DNA of 64,000 nt, taken from an uncultured candidatus Porisulfidus sp. Lineage in GTDB: Bacteria; Pseudomonadota; Gammaproteobacteria; Poriferisulfidales; Poriferisulfidaceae. Location of the stretch: the NCBI GenBank assembly GCA_965199755.1, contig CBDASZ010000001.1:64001-128000 (forward strand). The letters are read 5' to 3'. The notes under the pieces are model-generated. The model made no database searches and was not told where the DNA came from. It saw only the letters and a program-made list of their open reading frames with translations. Below are positions 10,526-20,751 of this stretch, in pieces. Position numbers and translations under genes: made by a program. Numbering within the stretch: the stretch's first letter is position 1; every line of letters begins with the position of its first letter.

Positions 10526-11776
10526 ATGCGCGTAACTCCCCGCTCCGCATTACTCGCCGCACTGTTGCTCGGTGCCGGCGCACTCGGCCATGCGGTATTC
10601 GCCACCAGCAGCGGCAAGGCCAGCGTTTCGCTGACCGAACTGCGCAATTTCTCCGAAGCATTCGCCCTGATCAAACGGCAATACGTCGACGAGCTCGACG
10701 ATAGCACCTTGATGCGCAATGCGATGCGCGGAATGGCCTCTGAACTGGACCCGTACACCACCTATCTGGATGAAGAAGAGCTGGAAAGCTGGGAAGTATC
10801 GACTTCCGGCAAGTTTGGCGGTCTGGGCATTGTTGTCAGCAAAGACAAAAACGACAGCGCGATCAAGATTGTCTCTCCGATTGATGACACTCCGGCAAAA
10901 CGCGCCGGCGTACAAAGCGGTGATCTGGTGGTCGAACTCGATGGTGAATCGGTGCACGACATGACACTGCATGAAGCCGTGCAGATGATGCGCGGAGAAC
11001 CCGGCACCGACATTACGCTGACGCTGCTGCGCAAGAATCTGGATGAGCCTATGGAAGTCACCATCACGCGCGCTATCATCAAGATCGACAGCGTGAAAAG
11101 CGCCATGCTGGAACCTGGTTACGCCTACATGCGCATCAGTAATTTCCAGTCACGCACCAGCGCCGACTTCACCCGCCACCTTGATGATCTGCAGGATGAG
11201 AGCGACGGCCAACTTAAGGGCCTGATTCTGGACCTGCGCAACAACCCCGGCGGACTTCTGACCACCGCGGTTGAGATCTCGGACATCTTTCTCAGACACC
11301 ATCAGCTGATTGTCTCGACCCGCGGTCGCGCCCATCAGTCCAGTGGAGAAGAACGAGCCACCGGCGAAGATATGGCCGCCGGAGTGCCCATCGTCGTTCT
11401 CATCAATGGCGGCTCCGCTTCGGCTTCGGAAATCGTGGCCGGCGCACTCAAGGATCATGGTCGCGCCCAGTTGCTCGGTACCAAGTCTTTCGGCAAGGGG
11501 TCGGTGCAGACGGTAATGCCGCTGAACAACCAAAACGCCGCTATCAAACTGACTACGGCGCGCTACTACACCCCTTCAGGACATTCGATCCATGAAAAGG
11601 GCATTGAGCCAGATCACATCGTGGAGTTTGAGCCGAACGAAACAGAGGAAGAGGACGACAATGAAGATGAATCCGATCTGGACGAAATAGTCGGCGATAA
11701 TCAGATTGAAGCGGCTCTGGAATTGCTGATGCGCCCACAGACTGACACCGCCCAAGCCCAGGGAAACGCCTCGTGA
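10526..11776 (+). CDS. ctpA: Carboxy-terminal processing protease (S41A, PDZ)
   Basis: Signal peptide, GGLG PDZ motif, LDLRNNPGG, SASASEI, FGKGSVQ, YYTPSG. Confidence 0.92.
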   Translation: MRVTPRSALLAALLLGAGALGHAVFATSSGKASVSLTELRNFSEAFALIKRQYVDELDDSTLMRNAMRGMASELDPYTTYLDEEELESWEVSTSGKFGGLGIVVSKDKNDSAIKIVSPIDDTPAKRAGVQSGDLVVELDGESVHDMTLHEAVQMMRGEPGTDITLTLLRKNLDEPMEVTITRAIIKIDSVKSAMLEPGYAYMRISNFQSRTSADFTRHLDDLQDESDGQLKGLILDLRNNPGGLLTTAVEISDIFLRHHQLIVSTRGRAHQSSGEERATGEDMAAGVPIVVLINGGSASASEIVAGALKDHGRAQLLGTKSFGKGSVQTVMPLNNQNAAIKLTTARYYTPSGHSIHEKGIEPDHIVEFEPNETEEEDDNEDESDLDEIVGDNQIEAALELLMRPQTDTAQAQGNAS

Positions 11777-12324
11777 GCCGTGTGCTGATCCCGCTGGCCG
11801 AGGGCTGTGAGGAACTTGAAGCCGTCACGCTCATTGACTTGCTGCGCCGCGCCGAGATTGACGTGGTCACGGCTGGATTGCAGCCGGGAGTGGTCACCGC
11901 GTCGCGCGGTACACGCCTGCAGCCAGACACCACGCTTGACGAAGTGATGAATGACACGTTTGACATGATTGTGCTGCCCGGAGGGCTGCCCGGTGCTGAT
12001 TATCTGGAGCAGGATTCGCGGGTGCAAGAGATGCTGCAGGATCAGGTCGCGAACGCGCGTCCGGTTGCGGCCATTTGCGCGGCACCCAAGGCGCTTGCCA
12101 GTAGCGGCGTCCTGAACGGACACCAAGCAACCTGTTATCCCGGCTGTGTGGATGCGGGCCAGTTCCCGGAGGTAGCTTTCACGAGTGCCCCAGTGGAATG
12201 CGACGGACTTATCACCACATCCCGCGGCCCCGGCACGGCGATGGATTTCGCTCTCAGCCTGATTGAAACCCTGCGTGGCGCAGAGGTCCGCGAAGAGGTT
12301 GAAGCCGCACTTCTGCGCCCTTAA
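11773..12324 (+). CDS. yajL: DJ-1/YajL (ThiJ) family protein
   Basis: EELEAVT, LPGGLPG, AAICAAP, TSRGPGTAMDF. Confidence 0.9.
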   Translation: MSRVLIPLAEGCEELEAVTLIDLLRRAEIDVVTAGLQPGVVTASRGTRLQPDTTLDEVMNDTFDMIVLPGGLPGADYLEQDSRVQEMLQDQVANARPVAAICAAPKALASSGVLNGHQATCYPGCVDAGQFPEVAFTSAPVECDGLITTSRGPGTAMDFALSLIETLRGAEVREEVEAALLRP

Positions 12325-12362
12325 TTCAGCGTATAATACGCGCCCCTAAAAAGTAGACGCTG

Positions 12363-12782
12363 ATGCTTACCGAAAAACAGATCTTGCGCGCACCACGCAA
12401 GGATTACATGAATGAAGCGCAGCTGGAATTCTTCCGGCATCGCCTGAAAGATCTGCGCGGAGAAACCATCACCCGCATTGATCGACTGCGTGCTGAATTA
12501 TCCGAAGAACACCGCGAGTGCGACGAACTCGACCGCGCCTCTGTGGAGGAAGATACCCGCCTCAAGGTTCGCGAAGTCAGCCGCGCATCAAAGCTGTTGC
12601 CGAAAATCGAAGAAGCCTTGTGCCGGATTGAAGATGGCTCTTACGGCTATTGTGCGGACAGCGGTGACCCGATCGGTACCGAACGCCTGCTGCTGCGGCC
12701 GACCGCCGAATACGGCACCACAGCGAAAGCGCAACGCGAAGACATCGAGCATACGCATCGCGATCTGGACGTCGACGCCTGA
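12363..12782 (+). CDS. dksA: RNA polymerase-binding protein DksA, zinc finger degenerate
   Basis: DYMNEAQLEFF, DxxDxA tip (DELDRA), GSYGYC..GDPIG..RL..RPTA. Confidence 0.9.
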   Translation: MLTEKQILRAPRKDYMNEAQLEFFRHRLKDLRGETITRIDRLRAELSEEHRECDELDRASVEEDTRLKVREVSRASKLLPKIEEALCRIEDGSYGYCADSGDPIGTERLLLRPTAEYGTTAKAQREDIEHTHRDLDVDA

Positions 12783-12871
12783 GCGCGGACGTCTACCTCA
12801 AAAATAGTCCTTGAGGTTCGGTTTTTTGTCTAATTAGACATTGAATTGGGCATTCAGAAACCAAACTCTCC

Positions 12872-14086
12872 CTATTCCTGACTGTCGGCCTCGACAGCTT
12901 CCACCAGACGCTCTGGCAAATCCGGCAGCGCCGCACGCACCCGACGCCAGCTCGGCACATACGGGCTATCCATCGGCCGCGCCATAAAGTCGTCTCCGGC
13001 CTTCAGCAGGATGCCAGAGAACAACTCCACCGCCTGTTCCTCGGCATCACGATCCAGTTCCAGCCCGTTGGTTACCGCGTCGTAGTGGTAATGCTCAATC
13101 AGATCCAGCGCTTCGCGCAAATACGCGGCCTTGAGGCTGCGAAACACGCCTTGGGAGAACACCTCACCTTCAATCGCCATCTTGCGGAAGACGGCCTTGC
13201 AGATGTCGGAACTCATGCGGGCCAAGCCAGCGTCAGCCTCCGCCGTCCCCACCGTCTGATGCTTGTGGTCATACAGATCGGCGATGTCCACCTGACAGAT
13301 GTTCCGGCTTGAGTAGACGCGACGAAACTCCGCCAGCAACCCGATTTCCAAACCCCAGTCATCCGGCAACCGCAGATCCCGCAGCACATAAGTGCGCAGC
13401 GAGCATTCACCGGCCAAGGGGTACCGAAAACTGTCCAGATATTCGACGAAATCGTGCGGCCCGAACACGCGCCGCAACGCACGCAACAGCGGTGCCACCA
13501 ACAGCCGTGCCACCCGCCCTTTGAGCCTTTGATCAGCGATGCGCGAGTAATATCCCTTGCAAAACGCAAACGGAAAGACCGGATTGGCAACTGGATAGAG
13601 CAGGCGTGCCAACAGCCGGCGATCATATGTGGTGATGTCGCAGTCGTGTAAGGCCAAAGATTCCACCCGACCACTCGCCAGAACATAGCCGAAACAGAAC
13701 CAGACGTTGCGCCCCTTGCCCATTTGCGTCGGTGCCAGACCGCGCTCGGTCAATTCATCCGCCAGCGTGCGCAAGCGCGGCCCATCGTTCCACAGCACCC
13801 GGTGGCGCTGCGGCAGGCGAGAAAAGAAATCTTGCGCATGCCGGAACTGCTCCTCGTTGGCCGCGTCGAGGCCAATGACGATCTCGTTCAGGTATTCAAC
13901 CTCGGCCAGCGCATCCACAATGCGCGTCAGCGCCGGGCCTTCCAGTTCCGAGTACAGCGACGGCAACACCAGACCTAGCGGCCGATGCTCGGAGTAACGC
14001 AGAAGTTCCTGCTCGAATTCCTCGGTCGAGCGTCCCGCCAGGTCGTGCAACGTTGTAATCTGCCCGTTTTGAAAAAAATCGCTCAT
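12872..14086 (-). CDS. gpgS: Glucosyl-3-phosphoglycerate synthase
   Basis: MSDFFQNGQITTLH, GKGRNVW, HDCDI, RYPLAGE, YDHKHQ; adjacent HAD phosphatase. Confidence 0.85.
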   Translation of the reverse strand: MSDFFQNGQITTLHDLAGRSTEEFEQELLRYSEHRPLGLVLPSLYSELEGPALTRIVDALAEVEYLNEIVIGLDAANEEQFRHAQDFFSRLPQRHRVLWNDGPRLRTLADELTERGLAPTQMGKGRNVWFCFGYVLASGRVESLALHDCDITTYDRRLLARLLYPVANPVFPFAFCKGYYSRIADQRLKGRVARLLVAPLLRALRRVFGPHDFVEYLDSFRYPLAGECSLRTYVLRDLRLPDDWGLEIGLLAEFRRVYSSRNICQVDIADLYDHKHQTVGTAEADAGLARMSSDICKAVFRKMAIEGEVFSQGVFRSLKAAYLREALDLIEHYHYDAVTNGLELDRDAEEQAVELFSGILLKAGDDFMARPMDSPYVPSWRRVRAALPDLPERLVEAVEADSQE

Positions 14087-14860
14087 TCAATTCCCCTGTA
14101 AGAGTTCCAGCACTGCCCGCGACCAGGCTGTCGGCCCTGTCCCTTGCGGCACACGTGCTCCGGGGTATTGTATGTTGCGCCCATTCGGGTTCTGTATGAC
14201 AACCGCGATATCGACCACTTGCATCATGCCGAGATCATTCGGGCCATTGCCCAAGGCCACGCTGCGCAACTCTGGGTGCTGGCGTCGATAGCGCCCGATC
14301 AGGTACTCCACCGCCACACGCTTGTCGGTCGGCCCCATCACATGCACGAAGCGATCGCCACGGTTGAGCCTCAGGCCCAGCGGGCGCAGAATTTCGGCGA
14401 ACTCATCCAGTCGCGACGGATCATCACGCCAGACCAGCGGCTCACTGAAACTGCGGCACCTAGCCGCTGACACAGCACTATCAGGCAAGGCGCAAGCCTC
14501 GACCACCTGTGCATCAGTCATGGTCGAGAGACTCAGAAACGCGAACTGCGACTGTATATCGTCAAGCGCCTTGCGAATGACTGAATAGGGCGCGCCGAAC
14601 GGTATTAGTCCTTCTGCTTCACCGTCATTGAAAGTTCCCGGTGGCACAAATACCGCACCACCGTTCTCAATAGCAAATGGTGCATCAATACCCAGTGTCT
14701 GCGCCAGTTCGCTCATTTCCGGCTCAGTCTTGCTGGTATTAAAAATAATCGGCGCATCACATTCCCGCGCCCGCGCAATGCCTGGCCAGGCTTCTTCCCA
14801 ACGATAGCTCTCCGCATCCAGTACGGTGCCGTCTACATCGCTAAACAGCAAGGTGCGCAT
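14087..14860 (-). CDS. Mannosyl/glucosyl-3-phosphoglycerate phosphatase (HAD IIB)
   Basis: SDVDGT, NTSKT, ENGG, RSFSEPL; adjacent to gpgS. Confidence 0.85.
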   Translation of the reverse strand: MRTLLFSDVDGTVLDAESYRWEEAWPGIARARECDAPIIFNTSKTEPEMSELAQTLGIDAPFAIENGGAVFVPPGTFNDGEAEGLIPFGAPYSVIRKALDDIQSQFAFLSLSTMTDAQVVEACALPDSAVSAARCRSFSEPLVWRDDPSRLDEFAEILRPLGLRLNRGDRFVHVMGPTDKRVAVEYLIGRYRRQHPELRSVALGNGPNDLGMMQVVDIAVVIQNPNGRNIQYPGARVPQGTGPTAWSRAVLELLQGN

Positions 14861-16401
14861 CAGCGATTTCGTAATCGGTCGAATAGCGCGCTGAGCGTAT
14901 GCCCAGGAACATCACTGTGCGAATCGCGCAATGCCTCAGATAGCCCGGAAGCCAGACGTTTGCCGTATTCCACGCCAAACTGGTCAAATGCGTTAATACT
15001 CCACAGCACTGCCACCGCAAACGTCGCATGCTCGAATAATGCAAGCAAGGCACCCAGCCGAGGCGGCTGCAGGCCATCAAGCAGAAACAGGGTGCTTGGG
15101 CGATCTCCAGGATGCAGGTAGTGGGGCACGTCCGCCTGTGCTGCATCCACTTCATCCTCTCTCCGTCCTGAGGCCAGAAGATCCAGTTGCGCCAGACACT
15201 GCGCCAGCAACAGACGTCGGCGTTCGTCTTGCGGATCCACGCGGGCGATGATCGCATCCACAGTCACCGTCTGCGCACCCTGATGCAGCAACTGGAAGAA
15301 CGCATGCGCGCCGTCATTGGCCGGCCCGCCCCAGACGATCGGCGCGGCAATGTCTCTCAATTCGCCGTCATTGCAGGCGCACTTGCCCAGACTTTCCATT
15401 TGCAACTGCTGCACATAGCGCGGCAGGGTGCGCAAGCAATGGTTATACGGGAGCACCGCGCGTGAACTGATACCGAGATAACTGTGATTCCACAGCATTA
15501 GCAGCGCCAGCAGCAGCGGCGCATTGTCCGCTGGCGGCGCATTGACAAAGTGCGCGTCCATGGCGCGCGCACCTTTCAGCAGGCCCGCGAACGCCTCCCA
15601 TCCGGCGTGCAGCACTACGGGCAATCCGACACTTGACCAGACCGAATAGCGCCCGCCGATGCCTTCATGGAATGGTAATATGCGCTGCTCGGAAATGCCA
15701 GCCTCACAGGCGCGGCCCACGGCCGCTGTGATCGCCGCGAAATGCTCCATCACTTCCTGCTGTGGGACTCCTTCGGCCGCGAGCCACTCCTGCGCGGCAA
15801 CAAAATTGCTCATGGTCTCAATGGTTGAAAAGGTCTTGGAGGCAACCAGAAACAAAGTGCCAGCGGCCTCACAGCCGTCCACCGCCGCCTCAAACTCTTC
15901 CGGGTCCAGCGAGGACACAAACCGCACGTCCGGTGCGCCCGGTACAGCGGGCAAGGCTTCGCACAACAGGCGCGGGCCCAGATCCGAGCCGCCTATGCCG
16001 ATATTGACCACAAACTTCCAGCGCGTCGGCACTTCTGCCGCGAACGCGCGCAAGCGCTGTTGCTGCCGTGCGAACTCCGCGCGTACTTCTTCGGTAGCGA
16101 CCTCCACCTCGCCTGACGCATCGGCGCGCAAGGCCGGATGCAGCACCGGGCGGTGTTCCGTGGTGTTGATGTTGTCGCCCGCGAACAGGCGCGACCGCGC
16201 CGCGGCGACCGCGGGTTCCAGTTCCAGCAGGGCGGACAGTGCATCAGCGTCAAGACGCTGGCGACTGGCGTCAATATGCACGCCGGCAACGTCGCGAATC
16301 AGGTAATCGCGCGCCGCATCAGCGGCGAACAAGTCGCGCAGGGAGGTTTGTTGCAGTCGCCGGGCATGACGCTGAAGCGACTCTGGTAGCGATGCGCTCA
16401 C
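14860..16401 (-). CDS. pgi: Glucose-6-phosphate isomerase
   Basis: IGIGGSDLGP, SKTFST.ET, GGRYSVWS, QQLQMES.GK, INAFDQFGVE.GK. Confidence 0.95.
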   Translation of the reverse strand: MSASLPESLQRHARRLQQTSLRDLFAADAARDYLIRDVAGVHIDASRQRLDADALSALLELEPAVAAARSRLFAGDNINTTEHRPVLHPALRADASGEVEVATEEVRAEFARQQQRLRAFAAEVPTRWKFVVNIGIGGSDLGPRLLCEALPAVPGAPDVRFVSSLDPEEFEAAVDGCEAAGTLFLVASKTFSTIETMSNFVAAQEWLAAEGVPQQEVMEHFAAITAAVGRACEAGISEQRILPFHEGIGGRYSVWSSVGLPVVLHAGWEAFAGLLKGARAMDAHFVNAPPADNAPLLLALLMLWNHSYLGISSRAVLPYNHCLRTLPRYVQQLQMESLGKCACNDGELRDIAAPIVWGGPANDGAHAFFQLLHQGAQTVTVDAIIARVDPQDERRRLLLAQCLAQLDLLASGRREDEVDAAQADVPHYLHPGDRPSTLFLLDGLQPPRLGALLALFEHATFAVAVLWSINAFDQFGVEYGKRLASGLSEALRDSHSDVPGHTLSALFDRLRNR

Positions 16402-16470
16402 GCCAGGTTCCGGGATGCTTGAAAGTCCTGCGAATTATAATGGGCGTTCAAATCACCACCCCCATCGTCT

Positions 16471-19269
16471 ATGCCCAGTGCGGCCAATGCCATGCCGCAG
16501 TGGGGCGACATTGTTGACCGCAAGCTTCGGCGAAGGGTCAAGCTTCTCGGTCGCCTGCTCGGCAGAATTCTGAAAGAACACGCCCCCGCACCGGTGTATC
16601 CGGCGGTAGAGCAGTTGCGGGTGGGCTTTGTTCGCCTGCAGCGCCAGAAGCATCCGATGCTGCGCAGCACCTTGATGCGCAAGATTGATGAACTGGAACC
16701 CGATCTGACCAGTCAGGTCGTACGCGCCTATTCCACCTACTTCAGTCTGGTCAACGTCGCCGAAGAGGTCGCGCTTCTGGACTGGCGGAAAAAAATCCTG
16801 CGCGAACATAAGGACGGCTCGCTATGGTCAGGTTCCTTTGATCACACCCTGCGCCTGATCAAGGAGCGCGGCTACAGCGGCGAAGAAGCGCGCGAAGCAT
16901 TGCAGGACTTGTGCTACATGCCGGTATTTACGGCGCATCCAACTGAAGCGAAGCGCCGCGTGATTCTGGAGACACTGCGACGTATTTTCCTGCTACTGCC
17001 GCAGACTGACGATCTCTCGCTGGGGCCGATTGTCCGGGAAGAAGCGACCGGAAAATTGCTGGCGGAAATTCAGGCCCTGTGGAAAACCGACGAAGTCCGC
17101 CCTGGCAGCACCACTGTGCACTCCGAGATCGCCAATGGCCTGCATTACTTTGAGGCCTCGCTGTTCTCCTCTATCCCGCGCATCTACCGCAACCTTGAGC
17201 GCGCCTGGAATATGGTGTACCCGGACACGCCTTGTGACGTGACAAGTTTTGTGCGCTTCGGCTCATGGATCGGCGGCGATCGCGACGGCAATCCTCATGT
17301 CACCGCGCGCGTCACCCGCACCGCTTATCACATGCAGGCGCGCACCATCCTGAACGAATACTTGCGGCGGGTGCGGGAACTTGAACATATCCTCACGCTG
17401 TCTTCCAAATTCATTGAACTGCCTCAAGCGATACGTGACAGCCTCAAGGAGGATGAACCGCTGCTCGCGCATATCGCGCCACGGCGCGCGGCCACACTGT
17501 TCGAGACCGAGCCCTACCGGCGCAAACTGGCCATCATTCTGTACCGGCTGCAGAAACGGCTGGAACAACTGGACGGACGAACTCTGAAAGACGAAGGCGG
17601 CTATCGCGACGAACAGGAATACCTGCGCGATCTGTATCTGATTCGCGATGCGCTGATTGAGCAGGGCGATGCCCGCATCGCCCAAGGGGAACTCACCGAT
17701 CTGATTCGACTGGCCGAGACCTTCGGGTTTTATCTGGTGCAGCTGGACCTACGTCAGGAAGCGCCGCGTCATACGCAGGCGGTTGCCGAAATTCTGCGTG
17801 CGACAGAAGACGTGGACTACAACAGCCTGAACGAGACCGCCCGCTTGCGGCTGTTGCGCCAGCACCTGCAAAACGCCCAAGGCCCCCGTGAACTCGCGCG
17901 CGAATCACTGTCGCCAGCTACCCGCGAGACACTGGAAGTGTTCGATCTTTTTGGCTTGGCACCGCAGCGCATCAGCTCACAGGCTTTCGGTCAGTACGTG
18001 GTCTCCATGACGCATACAGCAAGCCACGTCCTGGAAGTGCTGTTTCTCGGCAGTCTGATCGGACTGGCCGGCCGCGACGGCAAGCACTGGTTCTGCCGCC
18101 TGCAGGTCTGTCCGCTGTTCGAGACTATTGATGACCTCAATCAGGCTGGCGACATTCTGGAGACCCTGTTCCGCGATCCGACCTATCGCGCCTTGCTCAA
18201 CGCCGGCGGCGGACAGCAGGACATCATGCTGGGATATTCCGATTCCTGCAAGGACGGCGGCATTCTGGCCTCCGCCTGGAATTTGTACCTCGCACAAAAG
18301 CGCATCCATGAGGTGGCGGCTGAGCGCAACATCGCTTTTCGCCTGTTTCATGGCCGCGGCGGCACCATTGGCCGCGGTGGCGGACCGACCCATGATGCCA
18401 TTGTCGCTCAGCCGCACGGCACCGTGCATGGCACCATCAAATTGACCGAGCAGGGCGAGGTGCTGTCCTACAAATACTCGAATCTGGAGACCGCCGTCTA
18501 CGAACTCACCATGGGTATGACCGGCTTGATGCTGGCGTCCTTTCGCGATCCGCACGCCCGGCTGAAAGAGACTGCCGATGATCTGAAGGTGATGGAGTTA
18601 CTGGCGCGCACCGGTGAGCAGTGCTATCGGGATTTGATCGGCACGAAAGGATTCCTGGACTATTTCTATGAGGTCACGCCGGTACAGGAGATCGGCGGCG
18701 TGAATATTGGCTCGCGCCCCTCGCACCGGCGTGCCGCCGACCGTTCCATGGATTCAATCCGAGCCATTCCCTGGGTATTCTCCTGGTCCTTGTCACGCCA
18801 CACATTGCCTGCCTGGTACGGCATCGGCACCGCGCTTGAGACGTTCCTCAACAACAGCCCAAAAACCGGTCTGCAGCGCGTCCAGCATATGTATCAGCGC
18901 TGGCCGTTCTTCCGCACCCTGATGCTCAACATTCAAATGGCGCTGGCCAAAGCGGACATGCCCATCGCCCAGCAATACGCCACACTATACGAACATCCAG
19001 ACGCAGCGGACTTCTTCGCGCGCATTGAGGCCGAATACCAGTTGACCTGCAAGATGGTCTTGCGCGTGACGGGCAACAAGGAATTACTGGAAACGCAGCA
19101 GAATTTGTTGCTGTCGCTCAATCGCAGAAAGCCTTATCTGGACCCGCTCAACGCCATTCAGGTCAGCCTGCTGCGTCGCACCAAGCAGGGCGAGGGTTCC
19201 GAGGCGGTGCAACTCGCCACAGCGCGCTCAATCAGTGCGATTGCCGCCGGAATGCGCAATACAGGCTGA
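16471..19269 (+). CDS. ppc: Phosphoenolpyruvate carboxylase (start 16471 or 16492)
   Basis: VFTAHPTE, GSWIGGDRDGNP, MLGYSDSCKDGG, FHGRGGTIGRGG, terminal MRNTG. Confidence 0.97.
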   Translation: MPSAANAMPQWGDIVDRKLRRRVKLLGRLLGRILKEHAPAPVYPAVEQLRVGFVRLQRQKHPMLRSTLMRKIDELEPDLTSQVVRAYSTYFSLVNVAEEVALLDWRKKILREHKDGSLWSGSFDHTLRLIKERGYSGEEAREALQDLCYMPVFTAHPTEAKRRVILETLRRIFLLLPQTDDLSLGPIVREEATGKLLAEIQALWKTDEVRPGSTTVHSEIANGLHYFEASLFSSIPRIYRNLERAWNMVYPDTPCDVTSFVRFGSWIGGDRDGNPHVTARVTRTAYHMQARTILNEYLRRVRELEHILTLSSKFIELPQAIRDSLKEDEPLLAHIAPRRAATLFETEPYRRKLAIILYRLQKRLEQLDGRTLKDEGGYRDEQEYLRDLYLIRDALIEQGDARIAQGELTDLIRLAETFGFYLVQLDLRQEAPRHTQAVAEILRATEDVDYNSLNETARLRLLRQHLQNAQGPRELARESLSPATRETLEVFDLFGLAPQRISSQAFGQYVVSMTHTASHVLEVLFLGSLIGLAGRDGKHWFCRLQVCPLFETIDDLNQAGDILETLFRDPTYRALLNAGGGQQDIMLGYSDSCKDGGILASAWNLYLAQKRIHEVAAERNIAFRLFHGRGGTIGRGGGPTHDAIVAQPHGTVHGTIKLTEQGEVLSYKYSNLETAVYELTMGMTGLMLASFRDPHARLKETADDLKVMELLARTGEQCYRDLIGTKGFLDYFYEVTPVQEIGGVNIGSRPSHRRAADRSMDSIRAIPWVFSWSLSRHTLPAWYGIGTALETFLNNSPKTGLQRVQHMYQRWPFFRTLMLNIQMALAKADMPIAQQYATLYEHPDAADFFARIEAEYQLTCKMVLRVTGNKELLETQQNLLLSLNRRKPYLDPLNAIQVSLLRRTKQGEGSEAVQLATARSISAIAAGMRNTG

Positions 19270-19283
19270 GTGCCTGGACGACT

Positions 19284-19664
19284 TCAGGCGACTTGCGCCG
19301 GAATACTGTTGCCGATACGCTCAATGTGATTGTCGGCATTGAGGTAGACCAGCGTCGGCTTGAAATTCGCCGCTTCTCCCGGCTCCAGATGCGCGTAAGC
19401 CGCGATGATGATCCGGTCGCCCGGCTCCGCCTTGTGCGCGGCCGCGCCATTGACAGAAATAATGCGGCTGCCGGCCTGAGCGCGAATCGCGTAGGTGGTT
19501 AGCCGCTCACCGTTGGTGATGTTGTAGAGATCAACCTGCTCGTATTCGCTGATGCCCGCGGCGTGTATTAACTCACTGTCAATCGCGCACGAGCCGTCAT
19601 AGTCCGGCTCGACATGGGTGACGCAGGCGCGATGCAGGCGGGCGCGCAGGAAAGTCAGTTTCAT
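19284..19664 (-). CDS. panD: Aspartate 1-decarboxylase
   Basis: YDGS self-cleavage site, NGERLTTY, NGAAAH. Confidence 0.95.
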   Translation of the reverse strand: MKLTFLRARLHRACVTHVEPDYDGSCAIDSELIHAAGISEYEQVDLYNITNGERLTTYAIRAQAGSRIISVNGAAAHKAEPGDRIIIAAYAHLEPGEAANFKPTLVYLNADNHIERIGNSIPAQVA

Positions 19665-19908
19665 GGCGGCGATTTTATCAAAACGGAAAGTCCGCGCCGC
19701 AATTTTCAGGACGGAAACGCTCTTTCCTGTTCAACTGCCGAGGCGCAAGACTGGGGCCCAATATGTACCTGGTACTAAGCATCAGGCAAAGCTGGACGGC
19801 TTGTTAAATTCGAATGGGACGGGAAAACTTATAAGGCGCGCGGCGAGGTTATGTCGCGAAAAAGAGTGTGTCATCCAGCCTGCTCCTTTATATCTCGACC
19901 AGCACTAC

Positions 19909-20751
19909 TTAATCTGATACTGATTCGGTGATGCAGTCCACCAGCCGCACATCGCCTATTCGCGCCGCCGACAGAATGACCCAGCGATCGACCGACTCTT
20001 TCAGTTCCTGCAATGTGTCCGGGTCACAGATCGCCACATAATCCGCCTGCAGGCCCGCCGCCGCCACACGCGACAGCGCCAATTCACGCGCTTTACCCAC
20101 ACCCGCACCTTGTTGCAGACAGGCTTGCGCTTCAGCCAGCGCGCGATGCAAACCAGCAGCGCGCTCCCGATCTTCCAGATTGAGTCGACGATTCCGCGAG
20201 CTCATCGCCAAACCGTCGCTCTCACGCACCACGGGTGCCGCGATAATCTCAATCGGCGGCTGACGCGCCTCAGCCAAACGGCGCGCCAGCATCAACTGTT
20301 GGTAATCCTTCTCCCCAAATACTGCCTTGTCCGGTCGGGTCTGGTCAAACAGGCGCGTGACCACCGCGGCAACCGCACACAGGTGCATGCCACGACACGC
20401 GCCTTCCAGCACATCGGTCAACCCTGGCATCACGAATGCTTCCAGGTCCGGCGTACCCTCCCCCCAGATCGCCTGCTCATCGGGGACGTACACCACATCG
20501 ACTGAGGCTTCTTCCAATGCTTCCAGATCACACTGTTCCTCGCGCGGGTAGGCAACAAAATCTTCGGGGTCATCGAACTGGACCCGGTTCACGAACAGCG
20601 TCGCCAACACAGTGCCGGCGCACTGGCGCGCACGCGCCACCAAACTGAGATGCCCCTCATGCAAACTGCCCATGGTCGGCACCACCACGCATGGAGAGGC
20701 GGCATTAGCGCGGGCAATGCTCAGTTCTTCTGGTGTCCGGCAGACGATCAC
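19909..20751 (-). CDS. panC: Pantoate--beta-alanine ligase
   Basis: VPTMGSLHEGH, FGEKDYQQ, DGLAMSSRN. Confidence 0.94.
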   Translation of the reverse strand: MIVCRTPEELSIARANAASPCVVVPTMGSLHEGHLSLVARARQCAGTVLATLFVNRVQFDDPEDFVAYPREEQCDLEALEEASVDVVYVPDEQAIWGEGTPDLEAFVMPGLTDVLEGACRGMHLCAVAAVVTRLFDQTRPDKAVFGEKDYQQLMLARRLAEARQPPIEIIAAPVVRESDGLAMSSRNRRLNLEDRERAAGLHRALAEAQACLQQGAGVGKARELALSRVAAAGLQADYVAICDPDTLQELKESVDRWVILSAARIGDVRLVDCITESVSD

